Of a DNA stretch of 64,000 nt, positions 1 through 11,924 are shown in pieces (position 1 is the stretch's first letter; each line of letters starts with the position of its first letter). The stretch lies in NCBI RefSeq assembly GCF_964213995.1, contig NW_027590987.1, positions 1 through 64,000 of the forward strand, given 5' to 3'. The translations under genes and the position numbers were made by a program. The notes below the pieces were generated by a model that worked only from the letters and a program-made list of their open reading frames with translations, had not been told where the DNA came from and did not search any database. This stretch comes from Mustelus asterias. Its lineage: Eukaryota.

Positions 1-660
1 AGGGGCGAGCATCGATGATGGAGAATTGTGTGACTGAAGGATATTACAGAGAGAGGAGTGGTCGCAGTCATGGAGAAATTTGGAAACAAGAACGGGAGTT
101 TTTAAATGTTAGTGGTTCTTAAACAGGAACCTTTATAGGTCAGTGAGCACAGGGGTGATGGGTGAACAAGTCTTGAATAATTACACAGACAGCAGAGTTT
201 TGGATGACCTGAGGATTGCAGGGAGGCTGAATGTGGGAGGCCAGCAAAGAGTGCTCTGGGAGAGTTAAGTCCAGAGGTAACAAAGGAATGGATGAGAGTT
301 TCTGAACAAGATGATTTGAGACTCGGGCGATGTTACTGAGGTGGAAATAGACATTCTGGGTGATGATGAGGATATGTGGCTGGAAGCTCAGTTTGGGATG
401 AGACAGGACACTGAGGTTGTGAGAAGTCTGGTTCAGCCTCAGACAGTTGCCAGGGAGAGAGAGTGGAGTCTGTTGTGAGGACTGAAGACAACGGCTTGGT
501 TCTTAATATTCAATTGGAAGAAGTTTCTGTTCATCCAGTACTGGATGTCAGACACGTCAGGATGGTGTGTGAGTTGAAAAGGAACTTGGAGATGATGGTG
601 TTCCCATACACCTGCTTCGTTGCTCCATCGAGGTGGTCGAGGTTGTGGGAGTTTGAAATA
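1..660 (-). mobile_element. Degenerate L2-type LINE ORF2 fragment
   Basis: Reverse strand of ~235-305 reads ETLIHSFVTSGLNSPRALFAGLP, matching the L2 ORF2 motif ETLIHAFVTSRLDYCNSLLAGLP. Many stops and indels; boundaries approximate. Confidence 0.6.
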
Positions 661-836
661 TTTGAAATTCCTTTTTTCCTGTGCTGCCCAATTCTGTCTC
701 ACCCTCTCCTACTTCTGTCTCTCTGCCTCTTCCCCCTCGATCTCTTCTCCCAGATTGTCCAGAGTCTTGTGTCACCCCTGACCAGGGAGCAGGTTTCCTT
801 CCCTGAAGGACATTAGTGAATCAGTTGGGTTTTTTT

Positions 837-1118
837 AAAGTTAAAAATTTATTAGTCACAAGTCGGCTTCCATTAACACATCAATGAAGTTGCTGTGAAA
901 TTCCCCTAGTTGCCACAATCCAGCACCTGTTCGGGTCAATGCACCTAACCAGCATGTCTTTCGGACTGTGGGAGGAAACCGGAGCACCCGGAGGAAACCC
1001 ACGCAGACACAGGGAGAGCGTACAAACTCCACACAGACAGTGACCCAAGCTGGGAATCAAACACGGGTCCCTGGCGCTGTGAGGTAGCAGTGCTGATCAC
1101 TGCGCCCCCGTGCCGCCC
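837..1118 (-). mobile_element. tRNA-derived V-SINE (HE1-like), tail type B (...ACTAATAAAT..ACTTT)
   Basis: GGGCGGCACGG head with degenerate A/B boxes, and central V-domain CTGCGTGGGTTTCCTCCGGGTGCTCCGGTTTCCTCCCA on the minus strand. Confidence 0.85.
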
Positions 1119-1378
1119 ACTGACAATCCGGCAGTTTCCCTGGTAACTTTTTCCCAGTGCCGGCCCCACAAATGACCAGATTCATTCAGCTCAATTTCAC
1201 AACCTGCCTTTGTGTTTCTGTGGGTTCTCTCTCACTGCCTTTTTTCCATTTAAATCAATTTCACAGGGTATTAGAAGAGGAGGATTTTCAGTCGGGAAAC
1301 ACAAAGCGAACATCACATCAGGATCTGATGGAGTCGCCCAATTTATTGTAACCATTGTATCATGATTGGATTTTGAAC

Positions 1379-2653
1379 ATGGAAGAAAAAAGCATCGATT
1401 GCAGTGGGGAGAATCTGTACGCGTGTTCTGTGTATGAATCATCTGACCCCACGAACCACAAGTGCCGTCACACTGAAGAGAAGCCGTTGAAATGTGGGGA
1501 CTGCGAGGAAGGATTCTATTCCCCATCTGAACTGGAAATTCACCAGCGAGTTCATGCTGGGGAGAGGCCGTTCACCTGCTCTGTGTGTGGGAAAGGATTC
1601 ACTCAGTCGTTCAACCTGCTGAGACACCGGCAAGTTCACACTGGAGAGAGACCATTCACCTGCTCCAAATGTGGGAAGGGATTCACTCAGTCCTCCAATC
1701 TGCTGGTACACCAGAGAGTTCACACCGGGGAGAGGCCATTCACCTGCTCCCAGTGTGGGAAGGGATTCATTCACACAAGCAACCTGCTATCACACCAGCG
1801 AGTTCACACTGACAAGAGACCTTTTAAATGTCCAGCATGTGGGAAGTGCTTTAAAAGTTCCCGGGAACTGACACGCCATCAGCAAGTTCACACGGAGGAA
1901 AGACCTTTTCACTGTGCAGAATGTGGAAAGGGCTATAAAAGTTCCTGGGAACTGACGTACCACCAACGTGTTCACACTGAGGAGAGACCGTTCAGGTGCT
2001 CTCACTGCGGGACTGGGTTCAGGCAATCATCTCAACTCACTGTACACCAGCGAATTCACACTGGGAAAAGGCCATTCACCTGCACGGAGTGTGGGAAGGG
2101 ATTTAGTCGGTCATCCCAACTCATGGTGCACCAGCGGGTTCACTCTGGAGAGAGACCTTTCAAGTGCCTCGACTGTGAGAATTACTATAAAAGTTCTGGA
2201 GAACTGAAATCCCATCAGCATGTTCACACTGACAAGAAACCGTTCAGATGCTCTCACTGTGCAATTGGATTCAGGCAATCATCCCATCTCACTGAACACC
2301 AGCGAATTCACACTGGGGAGAGACCGTTCACCTGCTCCAATTGTGGGAAGGGATTCACTCAGTCCTCCCAACTCATGGCTCACCAGCGGGTTCACACTGA
2401 GGAGAGACCTTTCAAATGCCCAGACTGTGGGAAGTGCTACAAACGATCTGGAGATCTGAGGTCCCACCAACGTGTTCACACTGACGAGAGGCCATTCATG
2501 TGCTCTCAATGTGGGACTGGGTTCAGTCGATCGTCGATACTAATTGAACACCAGCGAGTTCACACTGGGGAGAAACCATTCACCTGCTCCAAGTGTGGGA
2601 AGGGATTCACTCGGAAATCCAACCTGCTGACGCATCAGCGAATTCATAAGTGA
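1379..2653 (+). CDS. ZNF-A: tandem C2H2 zinc-finger protein, 14 fingers, no effector domain
   Basis: Open ORF from ATG 1379 to TGA 2651-2653 with 14 CxxC-x12-HxxxH units and TGERP-type linkers. Candidate splice acceptor TTTCACAG at ~1266. Confidence 0.9.
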   Translation: MEEKSIDCSGENLYACSVYESSDPTNHKCRHTEEKPLKCGDCEEGFYSPSELEIHQRVHAGERPFTCSVCGKGFTQSFNLLRHRQVHTGERPFTCSKCGKGFTQSSNLLVHQRVHTGERPFTCSQCGKGFIHTSNLLSHQRVHTDKRPFKCPACGKCFKSSRELTRHQQVHTEERPFHCAECGKGYKSSWELTYHQRVHTEERPFRCSHCGTGFRQSSQLTVHQRIHTGKRPFTCTECGKGFSRSSQLMVHQRVHSGERPFKCLDCENYYKSSGELKSHQHVHTDKKPFRCSHCAIGFRQSSHLTEHQRIHTGERPFTCSNCGKGFTQSSQLMAHQRVHTEERPFKCPDCGKCYKRSGDLRSHQRVHTDERPFMCSQCGTGFSRSSILIEHQRVHTGEKPFTCSKCGKGFTRKSNLLTHQRIHK

Positions 2654-3252
2654 AGGCAGGAGTTAGAGTTTGCTGTTAATCACACCCAGGACTGAACAAC
2701 ATTCATTAGGGTCCTATTCTGCTGGTGGTCATAAACTGCAGCTCGGTAATAGGTGTTAATGTTCTGGATAAAATTAAACTGAATCAGTTTTGTGTCAAAC
2801 AATATATGGCAAATGTTTTTAATATTAACACAAGTTAGTTGCTTTTGAAGTGAGCTTTCTCTGGACCAAGATTTACTCTGGCTACTTGTTTCCTGTTGTT
2901 TCCTTTTTTTTACACTGCTTGGATAGGTATGATCCCATTCAATAAGAACAATATGCAACGAGAGAGTTCGGGGAGTCCATTCAGCCCTCATCATTTGACT
3001 GTCAAGTTGACTTGGACGAAATGCATCATCTGTAAGGCTGTATTTATATCACATTCATAGCCCATCCACCAAGTCACAGCTCATACTGAGCCAGAGGATC
3101 TACCATTTTACAGCCATAGGGCTGTCACACCATGCCAAATATATGAACATTTCCATTAGTGGATGGAAATGATGGCAGTCTGGGGGCCCAATTGGAGACA
3201 CAAGCACAGAAATATGGGGAATTGACCATGTTAATGTGGGGATTTGTCACAA

Positions 3253-4030
3253 ACCTTCGTCTTCATCAATGACATGTTGAAGGCTCCAGAGGAGATGCCG
3301 TAGCTTCTCCGCTCCGGGGAAGTACTGGACGACAAAGGGTATTCTGTCCACCATGTCCCGTGTTTGTCTTCTGAGGAGGTCGGTGCGGTTTATCGCTGTG
3401 GCACGTCGGAACTGTCGATCGATGAGTTGAGCGCCATATCCTGTTCTTTATGAGGGCATCTTTCAGCGCCTGGAGGTGTCTGTTGCGATCCTCCTCATCC
3501 GAGCAGATCCTGTGTATACGGAGGGCTTGTCCATAGGGGGTGACTTCTTTAACGTGTTTAGGGTGGAAGCTGGAGAAGTGGAGCATCGTGAGGTTATCCA
3601 TGGGCTTGCGGTATAGTGAGGTGCTGAGGTGACCGTCCTTAATGGAGATGTGTGTGTCCAAGAATGCAACCGATTCCGGAGAGTAGTCCATGGTGAGTCT
3701 GATGGTGGGGTGGAACTTGTTGATGTCATCATATAGTTGTCTCAGTGATTGTTCACCATGAGTCCAAAGGAAGAAAATGTCATCAATGTATCTAGTGTAT
3801 AGCATCAGTTGAAGGTCCTGTGCGGTGAAGATGTCTTGTTTGAACCTGTGCATGAAGATGTTGGCATATTGAGGTGCAAATTTGGTCCCCATGGCTGTTC
3901 CGTGTGTCTGGATGAAGAACTGGTTGTTGAAGGTGAAGACATTGTGGTCCAGGATTAAGCGGATGAGTTGTAAAATTGCATCTGGAAACTGGCAGTTGTC
4001 GGTGCTGAGCACTGAAACGGCCTGAGTGGC
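3253..4030 (-). mobile_element. Penelope-like element, reverse transcriptase fragment
   Basis: ORF 3266-4111 has GTAMGTKFAPQYANIFM, YTRYIDDIFFLW and FLD..I..SLYRKP, typical PLE RT motifs. Its 3' part is closely similar to 44110-44425. Confidence 0.88.
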
Positions 4031-4039
4031 CTGCTCATA

Positions 4040-4330
4040 GTTCATTTGTCCATATATTCTTATGTCTCTTTTCCTGGAAATCTCTCTCTCTCTCTTGGGA
4101 ATGTGCATCACACAACTTTTCCATTCGCACTGATGATTGAAATCTTTTTGAACAGGGCATCAGTGTTCCTCTGACATTTGATCACTGATGATAGTCGTGT
4201 CCGAATGAATCAAGATGTTTCTGACTGAAAATCCTTCCATTCTAATCCCTTGTCAATAAAAACATCTATCAAAGCAATGAATGTAAGCACAGGATAGAAA
4301 TTTGAAACTGATATTCTGGTTGTCACGTAA
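4040..4330 (-). pseudogene. Remnant 5' part of a ZNF coding exon, truncated by the PLE
   Basis: Minus strand reads AATTTCTATCCTGTG...GACAAG|GGATTAGAATGGAAGGATTTTCAGTCAGAAAC, homologous to the cluster-wide splice acceptor and to the ZNF-A exon start (GGTATTAGAAGAGGAGGATTTTCAGTCGGGAAAC). Confidence 0.55.
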
Positions 4331-4344
4331 CATTCTCCTCCCTT

Positions 4345-4805
4345 TCTGGAAAGCATTCTTTCTGGTTGTATCACAACTTGATATTGCTCCTGCTCTGTCC
4401 AAGACCACAAGAAACTACAAAGGGTCATGAATGACCTAATCCATCATGTAAACCAGCCTCGTATCCATTGACTCTGTCTACATTTCCCACTGTCTTAGAA
4501 AAGCAGCCAGCATAATCAAAGACCTGGACATTCTTTCTTCCACCTTCTTCCATCGGGAAAAAGATATAAAGGTCTGAGGACATGTACAACCAAATCAAGA
4601 ATAGCTTCTGCTCTGTGGCCATCAAACTTTTGAGTGGAACTATCTCACATTAATTTGATCTTTCTCTATATCCTAGCTATGACTGTCATACTCCATTCTG
4701 CACCCTCCTCTTTCCTTCTCTTTGTCAGTAAAACGTACAAGAAACAATACTTCGCACTGTCTACTAATACATGTGACAATAATAAATCAAATCTAATCAA
4801 ATTTC
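4345..4805 (+). mobile_element. Rex1/Babar LINE 3' fragment
   Basis: Degenerate translation ESILSGCITT..KKLQRV..KAASIIKD..LLPSGKRYK..KNSF resembles the Rex-Babar ORF2 C-terminus. Ends in AATAAA plus (ATCAA)n-like tail. Confidence 0.7.
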
Positions 4806-5089
4806 AAACTTTAAACATCTGCCTCCTCCCTATCAATTGTAAGCCTAATTCTTTTGACCATCCTCCTTATTTTTCCCCAGTTCTCCCCCAAGGACGCTGC
4901 TGACTCTGGGGTTCAGTTTCACATTGAGCTATTCCACTCCCCAATATGTCACCCAGGTGTCTAAATTTTTACACCTGAATTTTGCGAAGGCGGCTTCGCT
5001 ATCAATTCCAGTGACTACCCAGATGTACATTATATCCGGATGGGGTCACTTCGCCTCCTCCCCATCCCATCCATCGCAGTCCCAGGTGT

Positions 5090-5445
5090 TTGGAGACTCG
5101 GCTCCGGCCGAGTAATGGCGGCCGTGGCTCCCACAATCCCCCGCGCTGAGGAAATCGCTCTATTCGCCGGGTGGGACTGCGCATGATGAACCCAGAGAAG
5201 TTCTGCGCATGTGCGGAGGATAGCGTTTCCCATTGGCCAACAACTTCGAGCGATCCAGGGTCAAAGTGTCTCCCACTCACTTCCGCTGCACCACTGTCTT
5301 CATGAGGGGCATTGACCAATGGGAGGAATTGGAGGACCGGAAGGACACTGGTCCTCCAGCCAATCAGAGTGCGGGCTTTGTGACAATGCAGATTGGATTT
5401 CAGACGGACTGAAATCTCTTCCTGTCGTCAACATCTGTCAGTAAA
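5090..5445. promoter_or_regulatory. CpG-rich, probably bidirectional promoter of ZNF-B and the minus-strand remnant
   Basis: TAATGGCGG (YY1-like), TGCGCATG x2 (NRF1-like), CCAAT boxes, TGGAGGACC..GGTCCTCCA inverted repeat, local CpG enrichment. Confidence 0.65.
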
Positions 5446-6862
5446 ACTCTTTGTTTTCTTCTCTCCTTTTTCTTCTCATTCTGGGGTTAAATTGGGGACT
5501 TGCAGCAACTGAAGGGAAAGGAAGTGAATTCAGGGAGCTGCAGACTCTGGAAAGGTTGGCCCAGGTATCTCTCTCCCTCTTAAAGACATTGCCATCCTTT
5601 GCTTCCTCAACTTGTCACATTTATTTGTCTGGTTAAGAGGATGGTCTCTTTCCTAATGTTCACAATTTAAAGGGGTGATTTCCCGAGGAAATAGCTGAAA
5701 TTTAAGGGGCAGTAAATTAATATAGGACAGAGATGTGTGCAGTCTTGTAAGATGATACAAATTAGATATATTATGCATGGTCCAGTAATAAAGTTCATTT
5801 TTTATTATTTTTAGTTTTGTTAATACTGTAACTAAGTCGTTTATTTTCAGTAATCGGGTTATTGTATCACACAAGGAGTCCATTCAGCAACTCAAGTCCA
5901 TGCTAACTCTCTGTAGAGCAATCCAGTCAGTCCCATTCCCCCTTAAGTTCATAAGATATAGGAGCATAATTAGGCTATTTGGCCCATCGAGTCCACTCCG
6001 CCATTCAATCATGGCTGATATGCTCCTCATCCCGTCTGTATCCCTGCTCCCCTGCCAGTCTATTTTGACTGCCCATCTAATTTCATTTTGAAATATTGAA
6101 TGTATCAAAATGCACCACCCTCATAGCCAAACAATTGATATTCAAGAATGTTCACTGTTGAAATAATGTTCTATCTCATAGCCTTGCTGTACTTCTATTT
6201 ATTAAACTGGTCCCCTATGTTACATACATTTTACTTCACTAAGTATATTTAGGTATTTAGACTGGCAGCCTGCATGAAGATATCTCAGTGCTGGAGAAGA
6301 AGCAGTGAGTATGGATTTGTTGATCAGCATGAATCAACACCTTCAGGAGAATTGGAAGGGTGTATTATACATACAGCAGAGTGAGGAGACAGGGATAGGG
6401 TGTGGGATGGAGATGTACAGATCGAGAGGAACGAGAAAGGAAGAAATGTTCCACAGAAACTAGAATTGTCTATTCTGAATTTCTGTTTGATACTGACAGT
6501 GATGACTTTTGTAAACTCATTTTACAGGAAGTTATAAGGGGAAGATTTGCTGCCAGCAATCTCAAAACATGTTAAGGCTTAATAGAGTCACTCAAATTAT
6601 CAGAACTTGAATATCATCAGACTTTGAATCTAGAAGAAGAAATATTTATCTGTTTTTTCTGTCACATCAGTGTGACTGGAAAGGCACCAAGAAACACAGG
6701 CCTGAGTGAGAGTGTCCAGTACACTGACTGTCAAAAGACCAGTTACACAGACTGCAAAAATATCACATCATTTACAGCGGGGACAGACAGTGCACATGCT
6801 CTATGTGTGGATGAGGATTTAACTGATTGTTAAACCTGGAAAGACACAAGGACATCCACACC

Positions 6863-8077
6863 ATGGAGAAACCGGGGAAAGATGAGGATTGTGGTAAGGA
6901 ATTCCATATCCCGTCTGCACTGCAAACTCATCAACATATTCGCACTGGGGAGAGACTGTTCCCCTGCTCCAAGTGTGGGGAAGGAGACTGCTCCCCATCT
7001 GCCCTGAAGATTCATCAATGCAGCCACACTGGGGAGAGGCCCTTCATCTGCTCTGAGTGTGGGAAGGGTTTTCTCCAGGCAGCCGACCTGTGGAATCACC
7101 AAGCAGTTCACAGTAGGGAGAGGCTGTACACCTGCTCTGAGTGTGGGAAGGGATTCACTCAGTTATCCCACCTGCTGACACACCAGCAAGTTCACACTGG
7201 GGAAAAACCATTCAACTGCTCTGAGTGTGGGAAGCAATTCAATCATTCATCTGAACTTTTGAATCACCAACAAATCCACACCGGAGAGCGACCATTCACC
7301 TGCTCCGACTGTGGAAAGGGTTTCACTCAGTCATCTCACCTGCAGATACACCAGCGAGCCCACACTAAGGAGAGGCCTTTCAACTGCTCTGAGTGCGGGA
7401 AGTGTTTTATTCAATTATCACACCTAGTGACTCACCAGGGAGTCCACAGGGGGGAGAGGCCGTTCCCCTGCTCCGAGTGTGGGAAGCGTTTTATTCAGTT
7501 ATCACATCTAGTGACACACAAAGGAACACACACAAGGGAGAGGCCATTCAGCTGCCCCGAATGTGGGAAACGTTTTATCCAATCGTCACACCTAATGTCA
7601 CACCAGGGAGTTCACAGCAGGGAGAGGCCATTCGTCTGCTCCGAGTGTGGGAGGCGTTTTATTCAATCATCCCACCTAGTGTCACACCAGGAGGTTCACA
7701 CCAGGGAGAGGCCATTTACCTGTTCCGAGTGTGGCAGGGGATTCATTCAGTTATCTGACCTGCAGAATCACCAGCAAGTTCACACCGGGGAGAGGCCGTT
7801 CACCTGCTCTGAGTGTGGGAAGGGATTTACTCGTTCAGCTAACCTGCAGGCACACCGACGTGTTCACACCAGGGAGAGACCATTCACCTGCTCTGAGTGT
7901 GGGAAAGGATTCGCTCTTTCATCTTATCTGCAGAGTCACCAGCAAGTTCACACTGGAGAGAGGCCGTTTATCTGCTCTGAGTGTGGAAAGGGATTCATTC
8001 AGTCATCCCACCTGCAGACACACCAACGAGTTCACAAGGATTCACAAAGGGATTCACTCAGTCATCCCACCTGCTGA
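6863..8077 (+). CDS. ZNF-B: C2H2 protein, 13 intact fingers plus 1 degenerate, rearranged C-terminus
   Basis: ACCATGG start at 6863. First finger has lost a Cys (KDEDC). The ORF runs out of frame into a partial finger at ~8035-8100. Confidence 0.85.
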   Translation: MEKPGKDEDCGKEFHIPSALQTHQHIRTGERLFPCSKCGEGDCSPSALKIHQCSHTGERPFICSECGKGFLQAADLWNHQAVHSRERLYTCSECGKGFTQLSHLLTHQQVHTGEKPFNCSECGKQFNHSSELLNHQQIHTGERPFTCSDCGKGFTQSSHLQIHQRAHTKERPFNCSECGKCFIQLSHLVTHQGVHRGERPFPCSECGKRFIQLSHLVTHKGTHTRERPFSCPECGKRFIQSSHLMSHQGVHSRERPFVCSECGRRFIQSSHLVSHQEVHTRERPFTCSECGRGFIQLSDLQNHQQVHTGERPFTCSECGKGFTRSANLQAHRRVHTRERPFTCSECGKGFALSSYLQSHQQVHTGERPFICSECGKGFIQSSHLQTHQRVHKDSQRDSLSHPTC

Positions 8078-8311
8078 GACACCAGTAAGTTCACAAGTGA
8101 TGACAGGGGTTGGATTCTGCTGTTATTGCTGCTGTTAATCACATCCAGGACTGAACCATGTTCATTTTGACAATTGGTGAAGTGGGAGGGTCGGAGAGTT
8201 TCTTTCTGCTGGACTGGCCAGTCTCACAACTTTGTTTCCAGTGGGCTGATGCTCTTTGAGTCTGGGAGAGCACATTTCCACTGAAATGATCCACAAAAAA
8301 AAAGCTGATGA

Positions 8312-8399
8312 ATGTGCCAACTCGACACAGCCACCCAAGGTCGGAATCGAACCCGGTCCCTGGGGCTGTGAGCCAACTGGTCTAACCACTGTGCCACCC
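8312..8399 (-). mobile_element. SINE tRNA-head fragment
   Basis: Minus strand GGGTGGCACAGTGGTTAGACC...GGGTTCGATTCC (A and B boxes). Confidence 0.7.
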
Positions 8400-9293
8400 A
8401 GATCATGGACCCCTGGCAAAACTGGAATCAATGGATATCAAGGGGCAAACTCTCTGCTGGTTGGACGTGTACTGGCAATTAGGAAGATGGTTGTGGTTGT
8501 GGAGGGTCAGTCATCTCAGCTCCAGGACATCAATGCAGGGATCTCTCAGGGTCGTGTCCGAGGCCCAACCATCTTCAGCTGCTTCATCAATGACCTTCCC
8601 TCCATCATAAGATCAGAAGTGGGGATATCCGCCAATGAATACACAATGTTCAGCACCATTTGTGACTCCTCAGATACTGAAACAGTCCATGTCCAAATAC
8701 AACAATATCCAGGCTTGGGCTGACAAGTGGCAAGTAACATTCATGCCACATAAGTCCGAGGCAATGACCATCTCCAACAGGAGAAGATCTAACCATCACC
8801 CCTTGACATTCAAGGGTATTACCATCACTGAATCCCCCTTCCATTATCAACATCCTGCGGGGGTTACATTGACCAGAAACTCATAGACACTGTGGCTACC
8901 AGAGCAGGTCAGAGACTGGCAGCCCTGAGGAGAGTAACTCACTTTCTGACTCCCCCAGCCAAAGCCCGTCCACCATCTACAAGACACAAGTCAGGAATGA
9001 GATGGAATACTCTCCACTTGCCTGAATGAGTGCAGCTCCCAACAACACTCAAGCTCAAAACCACCCAGGGCAAAGCAGCCCCACTTGATCAACACACTAA
9101 CCACAAACATTCACTCCCTCTACCACCGACGGACAGGAGCAACAGTGTGTACCATCTACAAAATGCACTGCAGGGACTCACCAAGACTCCTTAGGCAGCA
9201 TCTTACAGACTCAGGAACATTACCATCTAGAAGGCCAAGAGCAGCAGATACATGAGAATATCACCACCTGGAGTTTCCTCTCTAAGTCACTCA

Positions 9294-10733
9294 TGTCAGG
9301 AAAACAGAGATAGTTTTAAGTGATCTATGTTTCTATTGTTAAATATTAGAAATAAAGTATAGATTTAAGTAAGTTTGATTTAGTGTTTCTGTGTAGGAAG
9401 AGGAGAACTTTGGTTGGATTCATGTTGAACAAAGGTGTTTGCATGTGTGGGGGATAGGTTTCAATTGAAATTGTATTCCTGTTGTGCTGAGAGAGTTTAT
9501 GGCGTGAAAAATAAACGTGAAGTTGGAGAAATAATGCATTGTTGCATAGCAACCAGGGGCACCTTGAGGGTGAGAAGGTTTTTTGAGTGTAGTATTAGTT
9601 GAATTTATAGTCTTTGGTCGTGACTTTTAAGGGGCGTCTTGACAAATACATGAATAGGATGGGAATAGAGGGATATGGTCCCCGGAAGGGGAGGGGGTTT
9701 TAGTTCAGTCGGGCAGCATGACCGGTGCAGGCTTGGAGGGCTGAAGGGCCTGTTCCTGTGCTGTAATTTTCTTTGTTCGTTGTTCTATAGCAGTTGGGGT
9801 GAGGAAACGAGAGAGTGAGCAGCTCTCAGCTCTACTAGAAGCAGGAAAGCCATACAATGGAGTAATGTGTCCGAAAGCAAGCTCCAGAGGAATTAAAGGA
9901 CAGTTCGTTTGAGAAACCCGGGAATGGAAAAGAAGTTTCAGGAATATTTAAGTAAAAAAGGAACAGCATTGTCTTTGGAACAGGATACTATTCATGGAAG
10001 TTAAACTCAGACCTGGGAAGAAAAGAACTGATGAGGTTGGCGAAAGAGAAGCCGCATATCTGAAATAGTGGGAAGGTTTGATGTCCTTAAATCCAGATTT
10101 TGAAGCAATTGTATTCTGTTACGGACTGATGATCTGAGTTTATGCAGAATTTTGGAAGCATGTTGCAATTCAAGGCAAAGGAATTCTGAGAGTTAAAAAC
10201 CTAGAGGCAGCTTCTTGCTAAAAGAGTGGAGAGAAAGCCTTGTTTGAAAGAACAATTGGAAGACCTGGAAGTGAGAAAGTTGCTTTGGAAGGAGATATTA
10301 ACACGTGTCTTTTTGAGAGCCAAGTTTGGAAACACTCGTGACAATCATCTGGGGGGAAATTTGAGGAGAAATCCACAGAGGATCGATTGAGTTGCATCTG
10401 CCACTTGGTTTCAGAGTGGGGCTTGTCTGATCACAGCCAACCTGTGGGTTTAAAGGAACCATGTGTTTACTGAGAACATTATAGCATAAGGAATTTTAAA
10501 TCTATGTTATTCTTGAAATCTGGATACATTTGTGAAGGTAAGTGTGAGTCAAGGAGTATTTTGTTATCGTCAAACTCTTCGTGTTTAATAAATATTTTGT
10601 TAAAAGCTAATTGGCAGTCCTGTGATTCTGTTCCTTTATGTTTTCTACAAAAAGTAAAAGTTGCGGTCTTTTGAGCCAGTGTTCCATCCTGGAATCATCC
10701 TGTCCAATTATAACATCAACTGGGATCGTAACA
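9294..10733 (+). mobile_element. Solo LTR, probably Gypsy-type, with 4-bp TSD
   Basis: Starts TGTCA, ends TAACA, flanked by direct repeat CTCA (9290-9293 and 10734-10737). AATAAA at ~10587. Interrupts a LINE. Confidence 0.75.
9618..9785 (+). mobile_element. CR1 3'-end fragment nested in the solo LTR
   Basis: Closely similar to the CR1 3' end at 21760-21923 (..GAAGGGCCTGTTCCTGTGCTGTAATTTTCTTTGTTC). Confidence 0.8.
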
Positions 10734-11460
10734 CTCACCATCTTGACTTCAAAATATATCGCTGTTCCTTCGCTGTCACTCGGTCAAAATCCTGGAGCTT
10801 CCTCCCAAACAAGTGTGGGTGTCCCTATGCCACAGGGATTGGCCAGGATTGACAAAGACTGCTGGAGGCAAGGCTATTGGTTAATATAACTTTTTATTGC
10901 ACCTTCTTCTAAATATGTACAGCACAAGGCTCAGCATAGAACCATCTCTCAGCAAACTCTTATCATCTGATCTTACATCACTGGGTAGAATATTTACAAA
11001 TTTAACATTGACCCTTTACACTGCACCAAGTCTTCAGTCAGCCTCCTAACATCCCCTCAGTGCCAGTTGTCTGATTTATCAATTGATGTTTCTGAGATTC
11101 ACCTTGGGACACTCTCCTACATTGAAGGTCTGATGTAAACAAAAGTTATTTTTTAAATCTCATTGTAACAGACTGAGGAAGTCAGGATTAAAACAATATC
11201 TGGGTAAATGGAGTTAGGTCACAGATCAGCCATGACCTCAGTGAATGAGAGAACAGGCTTGAGGGATAAATGACCTCCTCCTGTTCCTGGTAAACTTGGA
11301 CTCAGACACCAGCTGATGAATGGAAAGTGATGGGAGACCTGGGGAGAAGAGACTTCATCAGAAACCAGCACTGGAGCAGAGTTAGAGAGTGGGAGAAGCC
11401 TGGGAGAAACTACACAGGAACTGGAGTTGGTTGTTCAGCTCTTCCAGTCCGCTCTGTCAT

Positions 11461-11801
11461 TCATAGAAATCATAGAAACCCTACAGTGCAGAAGGAGGCC
11501 ATTCGGCCCATCGAGTCTGCACCGACCACAATCCCACCCAGGCCCTACCCACACATATTTACCCACTAATCCCTCTAACCTACGCATCTCAGGACTCTAA
11601 GGGGCAATTTTTAACCTGGCCAATCAACCTAACCTGCACATCTTTGGACTGTGGGAGGAAACCGGAGCACCCGGAGGAAACCCACGCAGACACGAGGAGA
11701 ATGTGCAAACTCCACACAGACAGTGAACCGAGCCGGGAATCGAACCCGGGACCCTGGAGCTGTGAAGCAGCAGTGCTAACCACTGTGCTACCGTGCCGCC
11801 C
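11461..11801 (-). mobile_element. Full-length HE1-like V-SINE, tail type A (CTATGATT repeats)
   Basis: tRNA head with TAGCACAGTGG and GGTTCGATTCC boxes, V-domain, CR1-like 3' tail. Confidence 0.9.
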
Positions 11802-11924
11802 AGTTAGACCCTGGCTGAACAATCAGATTGGCAAGATTTATTTGATTCTATTCTGTAGATTAAGCTGCAGCTCAGTTTTTTGGGAAATTAACATCAGCAG
11901 AAACAAACTCCAACTATCACAATG

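Larger units (their letters stand above)
8405..10850 (+). mobile_element. Old CR1/L2-group LINE 3' half (8405-9293 plus 10734-10850), split by a solo LTR
   Basis: RT motif QGRVRGPTIFSCFINDLPSIIRSEVG. Sequence reads continuously across the LTR junction (AAGTCACTCA / CTCACCATC). Confidence 0.7.

Noticed and set aside
11720-11801. tRNA-like sequences with A and B boxes
   Set aside because: They are heads of multicopy SINEs, continuous with the V-domain and tail, not tRNA genes.
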